Shown here: positions 26,118-40,254 of the stretch, in pieces
How positions within the stretch are numbered: position 1 is the stretch's first letter
How the letters are laid out: the number at the start of each line of letters is the position of its first letter
The notes under the pieces: generated by a model
The model's input: only the letters and a program-made list of their open reading frames with translations
Databases searched by the model: none
Told to the model about the DNA's origin: nothing
Translations under genes and position numbers: made by a program
Assembly (NCBI RefSeq): GCF_963921235.1
Contig: NC_086097.1
Location: 54,190,001 to 54,254,000, forward strand
Length of the DNA stretch: 64,000 nt
DNA from: Mobula hypostoma
Taxonomy: Eukaryota
Direction of reading: 5' to 3'

Positions 26118-26413
26118 GGCAGCATGGTAGTGTAGTGGTTAACACAACACTTTACAGTACAGGTGACCTGGGTTCAATTCCCACTGCTGCCTGTAAGGAG
26201 TTTGTAGGGTTTCCCTGTGGTCGCATGGGATTCCTCCGGGTGCTCTGGTTTCCTCCCACAGTCCAAAGATGTATCGGTTGGTAGATTAATTGGTCATTGT
26301 AAATTGTCCCATGGTTAGGCCAGGGTTAAGTCGTGGGTTGCTGGGCGGCAGGGCTCGAAGGGCCAGAAGGCCACGTTCTGCGCTGTATCTCAATAAACAA
26401 ACAAACAAACAAA
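26118..26413 (+). mobile_element. tRNA-derived V-domain SINE (HE1-like)
   Basis: A-box TGGTAGTGTAGTGG, B-box GGTTCAATTCC, V-core GGAGTTTG...CCTCCGGGTGCTCTGGTTTCCTCCCACAGTCCAAAGA, a CR1-like 3' end, and an (AAAC)n tail. Confidence 0.88.
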
Positions 26414-26505
26414 TTGAATATCACTTACTAAACTAGGAAAAGTATAAATAAATTGTTACTATACCTGGGAGGGGTGGACGATCTTTAGCATCCCTGGATG
26501 GTAAA

Positions 26506-26698
26506 TGTGGTGATATCATGTGTCACATGTCAGAACGTGATTGGAGCAAATTGTGAGCATGCGCAGAACTGAAAGCATGATCGAGAAGCTTGTATGTTAG
26601 ATGTGGTTGCTGTTTGCTGTTAAGTAAAAGTTCTAGTTATGTTCTTCCAGAATATGTGTCTCTATGAGTAACCCACGGTATGTATAAAGAACACAACA
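26506..26698. mobile_element. Short solo LTR (193 bp)
   Basis: TGTGGTG...CACAACA termini, flanks GTAAA and GTAGA (4/5 match), and an internal AGTAAA. Confidence 0.6.
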
Positions 26699-26729
26699 GT
26701 AGAACTAGTACAGGTAAAAGGGCTGGTGT

Positions 26730-27120
26730 TGCTTCTCCTGTCTGTCCCTGTCCCACTAGGGAAGAAGACATGCCACATCCACGTTAGGACCACCGGGCTC
26801 AAAACCAGTTATTTCATCAGGCTGATCAACACCTCTACTCATCAATGCACCCAACCACCCCACCACCCCATCACCCCATCACCACCACATACACATCACC
26901 TAGGGTCACTTCGCGTACATACAATCAGTCTATGTGTAAAACAATTACTTGTACATTGTGTTTTATAGGATTGCGTTTATATTTATAATTATTGCATTTC
27001 TTTGCTCTTTTATGTTTATTGTGTTTTATTATTTTGCATCAGGCCCAGAGTAACAGTAACTTCGGTCTCCTTTGCATTCTTGTACTGAAAATGACTATAA
27101 ACAATCTTGAATCTTGAATT
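26730..27120 (+). mobile_element. Rex1-type LINE 3' fragment
   Basis: RTTGLKTSYF-like remnant and a (TCTTGAA)n tail. Confidence 0.6.
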
Positions 27121-28550
27121 GAATGGGAAGTATGGGGAACCTGTGTTTGGTGATGAAATCTTGCTGAAGATGACAGGAATAATGGAGGCTGATGCAATGA
27201 TTGTAGCGAGTGCTGTGCTGGAAGAGGGAGTCCATCCTCACTTTCAGTGAGATGAGCGGCAGTGACATCAAAAGTGTAGGAAATAGAGCAGATGCAGTTG
27301 AAGCCCTGAGATCATGACTGAGAGGAAGCCATGATAAACCATGCCTGTTCTCTAACTTCTCCAATCTTTTGATAAAAGGACCCTGACCTGAAACATTGCT
27401 TCTCTTTTCCTGATTATGCCATGTGTCCCGCTGGCTAAGCCATCATTCTCCTGCAGAGGAAACAGACACAAACAAACAAAGCCTCGAGTTGCATTTAAAA
27501 ATGCCGCCTCCACAACCATTAATTTGCTTGTTCACTCTACTGCTTCTGACTGAGCTACATAATTTTTCAGCATTTTCTCCTTTTGTAGTATTCATACTCC
27601 CATCACATCAAAGATTCATTATCTCACCACAACACTGGGTTGATAAGAATGGCAATGGCAAATAAATTGAGCAACATCACACGTTGCAAACACTCAGTAA
27701 CTTAATGCACAGAAGGCAAAACTTGCAACACCATAAAAAATGCAGTCTGTACAGAAGACGAGAAAGTGTAGATGTTATAGCTGTGAAACTAAGGGAAGGT
27801 GATAAATTCCATCGATTCTATTCAAAAGTCATTCTGGAAAAGTAGAAGCTTCACCTGGAAGCAGAAAAGAGAGAACGTCTGCCCATTCTATTCTTTCTTC
27901 CAATGTGAGGGACTTACTTGTGCTTTGCTTTAAACTTGCAGACTGTACTCCCCACTCATGGTACAGATTACACAAATTATACTGTATGTGCGCTTTCCTG
28001 AACAATCTAAAGTTCACAAGCATGCTTGCAAATACCAATGGCTCATGACCGATCCCTATGTCGCTCCAAATTTGACATCATATAACCCTGAGATTCAATC
28101 ATGAGTTTGAGCTGCAATTTTATGTCCAAATCCATTTCAAAATCATTCCTGAATGCTTGGTTTTACATGTTTGTATCTACTTATTTTACACTAAAACCTG
28201 ACTTCCATTGCTGTACTTCCTTTAATGACAGTTTTTTCAATTTATCTGCCGTTATTTGATTGAAGTGATCATTTCGGTCCAATATCCATGAAGAATTGTG
28301 AAGAAGTGATGAAGGAGGGGGATTTTGAGAACCTGGAGGGAAGGTTTTCTTGAATGATAATGACGAGATTAGTCTTAGATTATAGTAGAAATTTGATAAG
28401 GTGATAAGTTGGGCAGAGAAATGGTGGATGGAATTTAATCCTGATTAAATATGAGATCCTGTATTTTGGGGGGGGGACTACAAAAGGAGGGCAAACAGTA
28501 AATAATAGTAGGTCCCACAGGAGAACACTTGAGAGAAATATATATATATA

Positions 28551-29830
28551 TAAGACCATAAAACATAGGAGCAGAATTAGGCCATTCAGCCTATCAAGTC
28601 TGCTCTGCCATTCCACCATGGCTGATCCCAGATCTCACACAACCCCAGGCACCTGCCTTCTCACTATATCCTTTGATGCCCTGACTGATCAGGAACTGAT
28701 CAACTTCCACCTTAAATGTACCCACAGACTTGGCCTCCTCCGCAGTCTGCGACGTAGCATTCCATAGATTCACCACTCTCTAGCTACATTCCTCCTTACC
28801 TCTGTTCTAAAAAGTCACCCCTCAATTTTGAGGCTGTGCTCACTAATTCTGGATACCCCCACCATAGGAAACAATCTCTTCACATCCAGTCCTTTCAACA
28901 TTCAATAAGTTTCAATGAGTTCCCCATGCAATCTTCTAAATTTCAATGAGTACAGGCCCAAAGCTGCCAAACTTAATGCCTTCATTCCTGGAATTATCCT
29001 TGTGAACCTCTTCGGGATTCTCTCCAATGACAACATATCCTTTTTGAAATATGGAGCCCAAAACTGTTGACAATACTCTAAGTGCAGCCTGACTAGTGTC
29101 TTATAAAGGTTCAGCATTACCTCCTTGCTTTTATATTCTATTCCCCTTGAATATAAATGCCAACATTGCATTTGCCTTCTTTACCACAGGCGCAACCTGT
29201 AAATTAACCTTCTGGGAATCTTGCACGAGGACTCCTAAGTCCCTCTGCACCCCTTACGTTTGAACCTTCTCCCCATTTAAATAATAGTCTGCAATATTTA
29301 CCTTTTACCAAAATGCATTAGCATACATTTCCCAACAGTATTCCATCTGCCACTTTTTTGCCCATTCTTCCAATTTCTCTAAGTCCTACTGGAGTAGTAT
29401 TGCTTCCTCAGTACTACCTACACCCCTACCTATCTTTGTATCATCTGCAGACTTTGCCACAAAGCCATCAATTCCATTATCTAAATCATTGACAAACAAT
29501 GTAAAAAGTAGCTGTCCCAATACTGACCCCTGAGGAACACCACTAGTCACTGACAGCCAACCCTTTATTCCCACTTGCTGCCTCCTGTCCGTCAGCTATT
29601 CCTCTATCCATGCCAGTATCTTTCCTGTAATGCCAAAGGATTTTATCTTGTGAAGCAGCCTCATGTGTGGCACCTTATCAAATGCCTTCTGAAAATCCAA
29701 GTAAATGACACCCACTGCCTCTCCTTTGTCCACGCTGCTTGCTGCTTCCAGGAAGAACTCCAACAAATTTGTCAGGCAAGATTTCCATTACGGAAACCAT
29801 GCTGACTTGACTTATTCTATCATTAGTCTC
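28551..29830 (-). mobile_element. CR1 LINE RT and 3' fragment
   Basis: GVPQGSVLG..ADDTKIG, HLEYCQQFWAP and VNLWN motifs. Tail taagaccataaaacatagg. Confidence 0.9.
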
Positions 29831-29839
29831 CAAGAACCC

Positions 29840-30510
29840 AGAGAGGCCGCACTACTTCCTTTACACAGAGGATATGAGCACCTGAATGAGCTATCAGAAG
29901 TGGTTGAGGCAGGTACATTTATAATACCTAAGAGGCATTTGGATAGGTACATGGAGGGTTAAGGGCCAAACGCACGCAATTGGGACTAGCGTGGAGAACG
30001 CTGTGGTCAACATGGACAAGTTTGGCCACAGGGCTGTCTCTAAGCTGTATTACTCATAGACGATGAGATTCATCAGGACGTGATGCAGTACAGAGAGCGT
30101 CAGTTATGAGGAGGCATCAGATCTGCTGGGTTTGTTTTCCTGCGTGGAGAGGAGGCCAAGGGTAGACCTGATTGAAGTGAACAAAATTACGAAGGGCGTA
30201 GGCAATAATAAACTTTTCCTCAAGGTGGAGTTTCCTAAAGCCTAAGTAGATAAACTTAAAGCATAGGAAAGGCATTCAGAGGGACCTAAAAAGATTCCTC
30301 CACCTAGACGGTAGTTGGATTTTGGAACACGCTGTCAGAGAGCATGCTGGAAGCAGACTCTCACAAGGTTTAACACATACCCAGACAAGCACTCTGTTCA
30401 CAAAGGTATAGAAGGCTACAGGCTAGTTGTGGTGAATGGGATTAGTATAAACGAGTACTTGATGTTCGTCATAGATATGATGGGCTGAAGGGCCTGTAGA
30501 ACTCCATGAC
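29840..30510 (+). mobile_element. Two degenerate CR1 3' fragments
   Basis: CR1 3' motifs (ttggataggtacatgg; gggctgaagggcctg). Confidence 0.6.
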
Positions 30511-30853
30511 TGAGCATTGAGTACTGCAGCTTCCATGATTTGGACAGAGGCAAATTGCCCCCTTAAAATAACTTACTGAGCAACCCATTTTCTGAGAACA
30601 GGACAGAGATCCTGAATGTCCCCGTTAACATGAGAAGAAAGCAAACACAACTCTTTTTCTATCTCAGCTTCCAAATCACAATCTGCTTTGGCTTAGTGGA
30701 GTTAAAGTTTCCTGCCACTTACTTTAAAATATAACTATGTTCTGCTTCTATTTGCATGCTCAAGCATTGTAGTGTGTATTATACATTCTTGGATACCAAT
30801 CCACATCACAGATCTTGACTCACCTGCTATATGTTGCAGCTTTTACTTTTATC

Positions 30854-32678
30854 TATTTACTTAGAGATACAGCACTGTAATAGCCTCTTCCAGCCCAATG
30901 AGCCCATGCTGCACAATTGCACCCATGTGACCAATTACTTTCTTTCTTTTCAAATCTTTTTTTATTATTATTATCCAAAATTAACATAAGTACATTTAAG
31001 TAAGCAACACTTACAATGTCTCCAGAAAAAAAACATTATTTTAAAGATTGAAAAAATTTTGGTGATTAAAAAAAACCCCTACTAAGCAAGAAAAAGTGGG
31101 GGAAAAAAACCATTAGGTGTACAACCCCGGAGCAATGCGTCATACAAAAAGCTTCTAAAGATAAACATCAAACCGCCAGGAAGAAAGAAAAATGTACCAA
31201 AAATTTACAATTCCATCGTGGAGGAAATCTATCAATTAACTCAAATGATAATAACGAGCAAATTAACCCCATCTTTTCTCAAAATCAAACAAAGGTTCAA
31301 AGGTTCGACTTCTAATTTTCTCCAAACTAAGACATAGCATCACTTGAGAGAACCACTGTGACAAAGTGGGAGCTGATGTATCCTTCCACTTCAACAAAAT
31401 GGCCCTCCTATCTATCAATGTAACAAATGCAATAACATGTTGGTCAGACAGAAATACCACAGATACTTTGAGGAATTATTCCAAAAAGCACAGTTAATTT
31501 GTTAGGTTGTAAATTAATTTTAAGTGCTTCAGAAATTGTCGAAAAAACTGACTTCCAGAACTGTTCTAGTATAGAACAAGACCAAAATATATGTGTCAGT
31601 GTAGCTGTCTCAGTTTTACATCTATCACAATAACTATCAACATTAGGGAATATTTTAGACAATCTCTCCTTCGTCAAATGGTAACGATGTAAATTTTAAA
31701 TTGAATCAGTGAATGACTAGCACAGATCAAAGAAGAGTTAACCAGCTTCAGAATCTGTGTCCAATCCTCCGTCATAAAAGTCAAATTGAGTTCCTTTTCC
31801 CAATCTTGTTTAATCTTAAATAAAGGACACTTATCCCATTGTAATAGTAAATTATGTATTCTACCAATAGAACTGTTCATGGAAGGGTTCATACCCATAA
31901 TAGTATCTAACAGGTCAGCATCCAATATGTGAGGAAAATTACTTAAATATTTTTGGAAGAAATGTCTAATGAAGGTATTGTAAAAAGTGTGAGTATGAAA
32001 GAGAATATTTATCAATTAATTGTTCAAAAGACATCAGTCTATCTTTTTTAAATAAATCCAAAAAAGAATTAATACCTTTACTTTCCCAAAGTAAAAATAT
32101 TGGATCACTCAAAGAAGGCTTAAAAAAGTAATTTTGATAAATTAAACTCGAAGTTTAAATTTTTTAGGATTAAAAAACTTGCGGAACTGGAGCCAAGTTT
32201 GTAAAGAATCCTTAATCACAGGGTATAAGTTTAAGTTAGCAACTTTAGCTAATTGTATAGGTAAAGCAGCTCCCAATAATGAGGTTAAATAAAACTTTTT
32301 CACAGCTTTCAATTCCAAGTCTACCCAAATTGGCCGATTGTTCTTATCAACCCAATATAACCAAAAGGACATGTATCGCATATTAACAGCCCAGTAGTAC
32401 ATTCTTAAATTAAGCAAAGCGAGACCTCCACCCTTTTTCAACTTTTGTAAGTGACATTTACTAATTCTTGGTGTTTTAGTATTCCAAATAAAAGATCATG
32501 TGACCAATTACTACTAACCCTTACGTCTTTGGAATGTGGGAGGAAACGGGAACACCTGGAGGAAACCCACGCGGTCACGGGGAGAACATCCAAACACCTT
32601 ACAGGCAGCAGTGTAGTTGAATCCGAGGCGCTGGCACTGTAATCGTGTTATGTTAACTCCACGCCACCGTGCTGCCCC
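30854..32678 (-). mobile_element. V-domain tRNA-SINE split by an L1 insertion
   Basis: Head and V-core at 32513-32678 (minus: ggggcagcacggtggcg..., ggattcaact, ggtttcctccaggtgttcccgtttcctcccacattccaaagacgta). 3' part at 30854-30939. Confidence 0.8.
30940..32496 (-). mobile_element. 5'-truncated L1/Tx1-clade LINE
   Basis: GGLALLNLRMYYWA and a CCHC knuckle CDRCKTETATLTHIFWSC. A-rich tail. Exact 16-bp TSD CATGTGACCAATTACT (30924-30939 and 32497-32512). Confidence 0.92.
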
Positions 32679-33489
32679 AAATACTATTTTACCATAATAC
32701 AAATCAAAAGTTCTGGAAAACCTCAGTTAAAGTGGCACCTGCGGAAAGAGAAACAATATTATCATATCAGGTCAGGCATACCTCATCAGAACTGAAAGAA
32801 AGAACAAGCTAGTTTTAAGTTGCAGATGTTGTGATTTTGGAATGAATTGGGATAAAGAGAGCACTTTGAAAAAGGTTGACTTAGTGAAAAGATGTTAATG
32901 AAGCTACTTGGTGTGGCAGATTAAAGATGTTAGTTAGAGAGAGAGGAAACAAACAAAGTACTATGTAAAGGCTGCAAAATGTGTTCGCATGACTTAGAGC
33001 AGAAATAGCCAAGCAGAGAAAGCAAGTTGTGGTTGTTGATTCAGTATTGTACCTGGAAGGATACAAGCTTTAGCTTTTTCAGACTTCCAGTATCTGGGGT
33101 GTTTCAAACTTTATTTTTAGAAATTGGAATCCTGGGCATTCATGAATTCCAACAGTCGGAATTGAAATAAACTACTTGCAAAAATTGCACAAGAGACTCT
33201 GCAAAGAAACTAGACAAAAAGAGGCTGACTAATGAAATAGAAACAAAAGGCAATAACAACCACTGTCAATAGCTTTAAATTCTAAGGTCTGTCTTTCATC
33301 TAAGCCAAAGTGATTGTAGGAGACTTGCTATACTCTTAACTTAGTGAATATAAAATTATTTGCCGTGCCTTGCACCCTGGACATTCCTAATCCACATGCT
33401 TCAGCTGTTGGTAATTTTTTTTCCTAAATCTTTCTGCTGATCACTAACCATTCAATTTTGGCTTAAAGTCCAAACCTGCAAAAGTTTAA

Positions 33490-34141
33490 AGTTGCTGGGT
33501 GTCAGCATCTCAGAGGATCTATCCTGGGCCTAATCCTTTGATGCAATCACAAAGAAGGCAGGTTAGCTACACTAGGAGTTTGAGGAGATTTAATATGTCA
33601 CCAAATTTCTATACAAGTACGGTGGAAAGCATTCTGACAGGCTCTATCACCGTCTGGTATGGAGGTACCAATGCACAGGGTCAATAAAAGCTGCAGAGGG
33701 CTGTAGACTCAGTCTGCCACCAACAAGGACTTCTTCAAACTACAGTGCTTCAGGAAGGCAACATCTACCAGTCAGGACCCTCACCGTCCAGGACATGCCT
33801 TCGTCTTGTTACTACTACTGGGGAGGAAGTACATGAGCTTAAAGACTCCATGATTCAGAAACAGCTTCTTCCCCTCTGCCATCAGATCTCTGAACAGTCC
33901 ATGAACCCATGAACACTACATGTTATTCCACTTTTTTTGCACTTGCAAGTAAATTGCCAAGATCGGAGAACAACTCAGCCTATCCATTAATGACCCGAGC
34001 TACACATCTTCCAAATTATTTCCACAATTTATTTATTTTTGTCATTTATGGTCATTTTTATGTCTTTGCACTATTCTGCTGCTGCAAATCAACAAATTTT
34101 AAATCATACACATCAATGATAATATATCTGATTCTGATTCA
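33490..34141 (+). mobile_element. Rex1/Babar LINE 3' fragment
   Basis: RSLRRFNMS..TVESILTG.ITVWYG and a (CTGATT)n tail. Confidence 0.8.
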
Positions 34142-36439
34142 GATACTGAGCAATCCTGTGCCCTGGTAGTTACTGACACCAACAACTCTGTGTTGTCTCA
34201 GCACAAAACCCAGCAAGCCATCAGCTCCTTCGGGAATGAACATTGGAAACATACGCAGAAGAAATTTAAGAAAAGGAAGAATTGAAACAAGATAATATCT
34301 TCAGACTAAGTTGTGATTGACCCACTTCAGGTAGTTCTATTTTTCTCCCCATTTCTCCCATCTTGAGATATACTTGCCAAACATTTAGCTAATTCTAGCA
34401 TAGTAAATCTTCACCCTTTCATTTCATGCAGGGTTTTGTGCTAGAAATTACAACGTGGAGCTGAATTTCTGAATGTACACAGATCCACATCAGGAGAATT
34501 AAAGATGAAAACTTAACACTATGTGAATTCTTACAGCAAGTGACTGATAATATTTTGGCATGGCATTACTTGATCGGCAAAATGATCTACACTTCTGGAG
34601 AAGTTACTGAATAGCAGATGGTATGCATAACTTTTGTTTGGTTTTCCTTTCTATGCCTCAGGTTCATAAATTGATTGTATTGACCTTACCCACAAATAAT
34701 GTCCCATCTTAGATCAGTCGGGGGAGTGTTAGTTATTAGTTTTGGGCCATATCATAATACACAAAGTATTTTCTGCCTTATCCCCAGGAGTTCAAGGAAA
34801 GATTATTCTTAGTCAATTAATTTTGTCAAGAAAATTAAGCAGACCTAAGGTAAGAAAATTTTTGAATACATGGATTTCTGCCACATCCAGGGCATTTATT
34901 TCAGATGCTTCTTGTAATTGAGACAGAGCAATGACGTTTTGATAATTTGTTCCTACTTCACACGAAGAACCCCAAAAACTCTGAGGAAACAGCATTTTAA
35001 ATATTCCACAATAGGAAGAGAATACTAATGTCACCAGAGACATTAATAATGTAAGTGCTTGAAAGCAACAAAAAAATCAGAACTTATAAGAAAAAGAAAT
35101 AGACTAAATGTTTATCTCCAAATTCCAGAGCTATCATTGTGATCAGTTCAGGAGTCAGAATTCCTCGTACAGGTTACCCCATTCCTGCTGCCATTAATCC
35201 AGGTTGAATAGCACATGAATGCATTATGTCTTAATAGTTAACATATCACTGACTTACACAATTTACATATCTAAGCACAATTGTTCTCATTTGGGTGTCT
35301 CACTGAACATCATTTGTACTATATATTTTGGGAGTAGAACAATACAATGCATAAACTGAAATAATCTAGAATATGGATTTACTTTCAAGGAATCTACAAC
35401 TTAGGTTCTCTGTGTTATTTATTATTGTGATAGAAAAGAGTTTGCTGATTGCAAAGGTTCTAAATTCAAAGGTCTTAAGCCCTATTGGATATAAACAGCC
35501 ACAAATACTCTCACAAAAAGGAGATTATACTGTAACTACCTAATCTTCAAAGACTAGTTCAAAACTCACAGAGGATTTCTATCTTAAAAGTTTAGTTCCC
35601 AATTACAAACCGTTTCTAAAGCAAAAAGCATTTCTTAACCTCAAAAGGTTTCCAAACCGCAGATATAATTCCTACAAACTAAAAAAAAACTCATGATGCG
35701 GACAAGAAAGTCATCTAACACAGCAATTGAAGCTAGATGAATGGATTCTATTCATCCCACTTTCCTATCATTCTCCTTGATGTTCCACAGCCATTACTAA
35801 TAAGCCTGAACTGCTTTCTATATTTATACCATTTTTCTACCACTTGGGTGACTTCTCACGCATATGATATTTCCTCAGCTGTCCTTTCAACAGAAATGGT
35901 CTAAAAACCTTTTGGAGACATAGTTCTTTAGGTGCCTACCATTAATGCTATAAAACTGTGAAGCTAACTTCTTGACAACATAATATCTATCAACTGTAAA
36001 CACATATTTATTGATATGCTAAATAATATTATTCCTCTGTTCTGCAAGCTTCCTTGAACCAAGCAATTTAAGAGTCAGCTTGTCTGTTTAAAACAACCTG
36101 AATTAAACAACCCATTGTCTTATATTGCATCTTGAGCAGTAATAAAACAGGTGTAGTGTGCTAAAGCTTACTTCTCCCAGACAGAATGTCTACACCTACA
36201 ATGCTTGTTTGCAAAGCTGGTCTTTAGACAATACTTGTTTTAACCTCAAAGTGATTAGCGCTTACTGCTCCATTTACACTTCAAGAGCTAAACACTGACT
36301 TCCTTTTATGACGAGAAGTCAAACAATGTTGTTGGAAGTTTACTTACATCTGTTTTTGATCTTACAAGTGGCAAATGCTGTGTTTAGAAAGCAAGATTAG
36401 CAAACAACCAAGAAAGAGAAAGAGACCTACCGTCCAAGA

Positions 36440-36656
36440 AATGAATATCCGTCACATTATTGTTTGTTTTTTCTTGTATTTGCACAGTTTGCCTTCTTTT
36501 GCACATTGGTTGCTTTGTCAATCTTTGTGTGTGGTTTTTCATTGATTCTATTGTATTCCCTTGTTTTACCTTGAATTCCTTCAAGAAAATAAATCTCAGG
36601 GTAGTATATCGTGATATAGACGTACTTTGATAATAAATTTACTTTGCACTTTTGAA
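36440..36656 (+). mobile_element. Rex1-type 3' UTR fragment
   Basis: aatctcagggtagtatat...tactttgataataaatttacttt tail. Confidence 0.6.
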
Positions 36657-36929
36657 CATCGACGTCTGCAGCCTATGCTTCAATCAGAGAGACCTCAGTT
36701 TTGGCTATGGTTTCAAGGATCTCTTTTCTTTGGTGTTGTCCTGCTTCTTTGCATGTAGCAGGTTACTGAAAGATTGAGGTTTTCACTCCAATTTCAATGT
36801 TCAACTGAGTTACTGGTCACCAGTAGCTGGGCTTAAGAGATCATTGAAGCGATTTGCTGATGCAAAGTTGCTTGAGTTTTATTTTTATTGGTAATCCTAC
36901 ATCAGCTGTGGAGAATTTGGTTAGCTGGT

Positions 36930-38420
36930 TGTCACATGTACTGAGGTTCAATGAAAAACTTGAATTAAGTACCACTCATTCAGATCATTGAGGTAGTAGA
37001 AGGCAAAAAGAATAAAAGTGTGCAGAATAAAGTGTTACAGTTACAGAGAAAGTGCAGTGTAGGTAAACAGTACGGTGCAAGGCTAAAACAGGAGCCCATC
37101 TTATCACACTAGGGAGCCATTCAATAATCTTATAACTGCCAGGTATGAGCTACCCTTGACCATGGTGGTATGTGCAAATGGGTATCTTCTGCCTGATAGA
37201 AGTGGGGGGGAGAGAGAAGAGAGAATATCCACTGTGGGTGAGGTTTTTGACTATTCAAGCTGCTTCACTGAGAAGTCTAGACAGAGTCCACGGAGGGGAG
37301 GCTGGTTTCTGTGATGTGCAATGCTGTTTCCACAACACTCTGCAGTTTCTTTCCTGTCACAGGCGGAGTAGTTGTCATGCGAAACCGTGATGCATCTGGA
37401 TAGGATGCTTTCTTTTGTACACCGATAAAAAAGAACATGCCTAATTTGTTTAGCCCCCTGTGGAAGTAGAGGCATGTGAGATTTCTTGACCATGGTGCCA
37501 ACATGTTTGAGCCAGGACATGCTGTTGATGGTGTTCACTCCTAAGAACTTGAAACTTTCAACTCTCACAACCTCGGCATTGTTGATATAGACAGGAGCAT
37601 GTGTACCGCATCCCTTCCTGAAGTAACTGACTAGTTCTTTTGTTTTGTTGACTATGAAGAAAAGCTTATTAAGATGCCCTGTCGTTCGACTCTCTATCTC
37701 CTTCCTGTAGCCTGATTCCTTGTTATTTGAGATATGGCCCATTATGGTGATATCATCTGCAAACTTGTCTATGGAGTTAGAGAAATCTGATCATGCAGTC
37801 ATGAGTATACGGGGAGCAGAGAAAGGGGCTGAGGACTCAGCCTTGTGGGGCACCAGTGTCGAGGATAATCATAATGGATGGGTTGTAACGTGTCCTTACT
37901 GATTGTGGACTATTTGTCAGAAAATCAAGGATCCATTTACAATTGGGTGTTGTTGAGTCTCAGGGCAAGGAGTTTGGAGATAAGCTTGCATGGAATTATA
38001 ATACTGAAGGTGCACCTGTAGCCAATTAATAATAGTCTAGACAGTCGGTGTCTTTACTGTCCAGATGAGCCAGAGACAATTGTAGGGCCAGAGAGATGAC
38101 ATCTGCCATAGACCTGTTTCAGCAATGGGCAAATTACAGTAGGTCAAGGTTGTCTGGGAGGCTGGAGTTATTGTGTGTTATGACCGACCTCTCGAAGCAC
38201 TACATGATGATTGGTGTCAGAGCCTCCAGGCAACAGTCATTAGAGTAGGTTACTTTGCTTTCCTTGTATTGAGATGATAGTGGTCCTCTTAAAGCAGGTG
38301 AGAGCCTCATATTGAAGCAGGGTGAGATTAAAACTATCTGCAAAAGCCCTGTGGGCTGATCGGTGCAGGATGTAAGAACATGACCAGGGACACCAGTCAG
38401 GCCAGACACTTCCTCAAGAT
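36930..38420 (-). mobile_element. Degenerate Rex1/Babar LINE
   Basis: NKTKELV..FRK..VESFKFLGV and KFADD remnants on the minus strand. Confidence 0.8.
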
Positions 38421-38554
38421 TGTTTAATGTCATCTACAGTACACAAGTGTTAAGGAGAACAAAATAACTGTTACTCTGATGCAGGCCAAATAACACAGTA
38501 AGATAAAGAACTCAATAATAAAAAGAGCACAATAAATAGAGTATAAATACATGA

Positions 38555-39100
38555 CATACATCAAAGTTGCTGGTGAACGCAGCAGGCCAGGCAGCATCTA
38601 TAGGAAGAGGCGCAGTCGACGTTTCAGGCCGAGACCCTTCGTCAGGACTAACTGAAGGAAGAGTGAGTAAGGGATTTGAAAGCTGGAGGGGGAGGGGGAG
38701 ATGCAAAATGATAGGAGAAGACAGGAGGGGGAGGGATGGAGCCGAGAGCTGGACAGGTGATAGGCAGAAGGGGATACGAGAGGATCATGAGACAGGAGGT
38801 CCGGGAAGAAAGACGGGGGGGGTGACCCAGAGGATGGGCAAGAGGTATATTCAGAGGGACAGAGGGAGAAAAAGGAGAGTGAGAGAAAGAATGTGTGCAT
38901 TAAAAAGAGTAACAGATGGGGTACGAGGGGGAGGTGGGGCCTAGCGGAAGTTAGAGAAGTCAATGTTCATGCCATCAGGTTGGAGGCTACCCATACGGAA
39001 TATAAGGTGTTGTTCCTCCAACCTGAGTGTGGCTTCATCTTTACAGTAGAGGAGGCCGTGGATAGACATGTCAGAATGGGAATGGGATGTGGAATTAAAA
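38555..39100 (-). mobile_element. Penelope-like element 3' fragment with 13-bp TSD
   Basis: FNSTSHSHSDMSIHGLLYCKDEATLRLEEQHLIFRMGSLQPDGMN. Exact TSD TATAAATACATGA (38542-38554 and 39101-39113). Confidence 0.92.
38614..38649 (-). ncRNA. Minimal hammerhead ribozyme motif
   Basis: Minus strand reads AGTC-CTGACGA-A-gggtctcggcct-GAAACGTC-GACT, with stem I AGTC/GACT. Confidence 0.72.
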
Positions 39101-40254
39101 TATAAATACATGAGATAGTTTGTATATACAGATCTGCAATAGTGGCTGGATTCAGGTGTTATGGAGGTTGTTGAGGTGCATGATGACACCCCAATCTCCT
39201 TCTATCCAAAACATGCACAGAATACATTAAGTTCATCACTGTTGTCAGTGATGCAGTCTGACTCCATTATAGCAAGTAAGTCATGCTACAACTGATGACT
39301 AGTCTGAGCTCAAACTCAGCTTTGGACCGGACTGTCTATTGGCTTCTGTGATAGCTTTACACAGGTTGTATCTAGATTTCTTGTAAGGGTCTGGGTCTCC
39401 TGATCTGAACACCATGATCCTAGACTTCAGCAGGGAGTGAATCTCTTGGTTCATCCACGGTTTCCAGTTTGGGGAAACCCAGATTGTCCTGTTTGGTGTA
39501 CAGTCCTCAATTCACTTGATGATGTAGTCTGTAACAGTGGTGGCATGTTTATTTAGGCCAATTACCAACACAAAGCAGTCACACAGAAGCTCATCTGTTT
39601 CCTGAGACCAGCAGAGTAAGATGTTCTCTATCAGATCCTCCTATGTCAGCTTCTATTTGTATGCAGGGAGAAGCAGTACAGCCCGGTGGCTTAATTTACC
39701 AAAGTGTGGGTGGGGCTAGGTTGGTAGGCATCTTTGATGGTTGTACAGCAATGATCGAGAGTGCTTGAGCCATTGGTAGGCCAGGAATCATGCTGTTAAT
39801 ATTTTAGTAAAATACTCTTGAAGTCACTGGCAATAATTAAGAAGATCTCAGGGTATACCATTTCAAGGCTGTTGACCATAGATTATAGTTCATTGAGGGC
39901 ACACTTCACAGCCACCTGGGATGGGATGTAGACTGCTGTCAGGATAGCTGAAGTGAACTCCCATGGCAGATAGTATGGGTAACACTTCACTAATAGATAT
40001 TCTGATAGGGGAGCAGGAGCTCAATTCACTGATTTCTCACCATCCCTGTAACATGACTGGATTCTAGCCATTCTGTAAACCCTGCAACCAAGTATTACTT
40101 GGGCACAGATATTGGAAAGTCATCAGCCTAGAAATATGAATGTGTAGCACTATTTATTACAGTGCACAAGTATGGGTTTTGTTTTCTGGATTGGAACAGA
40201 ATCATAATTTCTGTGTTGAAAATCACCACTCTACTTCCATTAGCCAATTCAAGC

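Larger units (their letters stand above)
38430..40050 (-). mobile_element. Degenerate Rex1-type LINE pieces interrupted by a PLE
   Basis: Minus-strand endonuclease/linker remnants (PHFGK..H..VLL-like at about 39670-39710). A 3'-UTR-like segment flanks the PLE. Confidence 0.6.

Noticed and set aside
26118..26190. tRNA gene
   Set aside because: The A/B boxes continue into a V-domain and LINE-like tail, so this is a SINE head with no proper cloverleaf.
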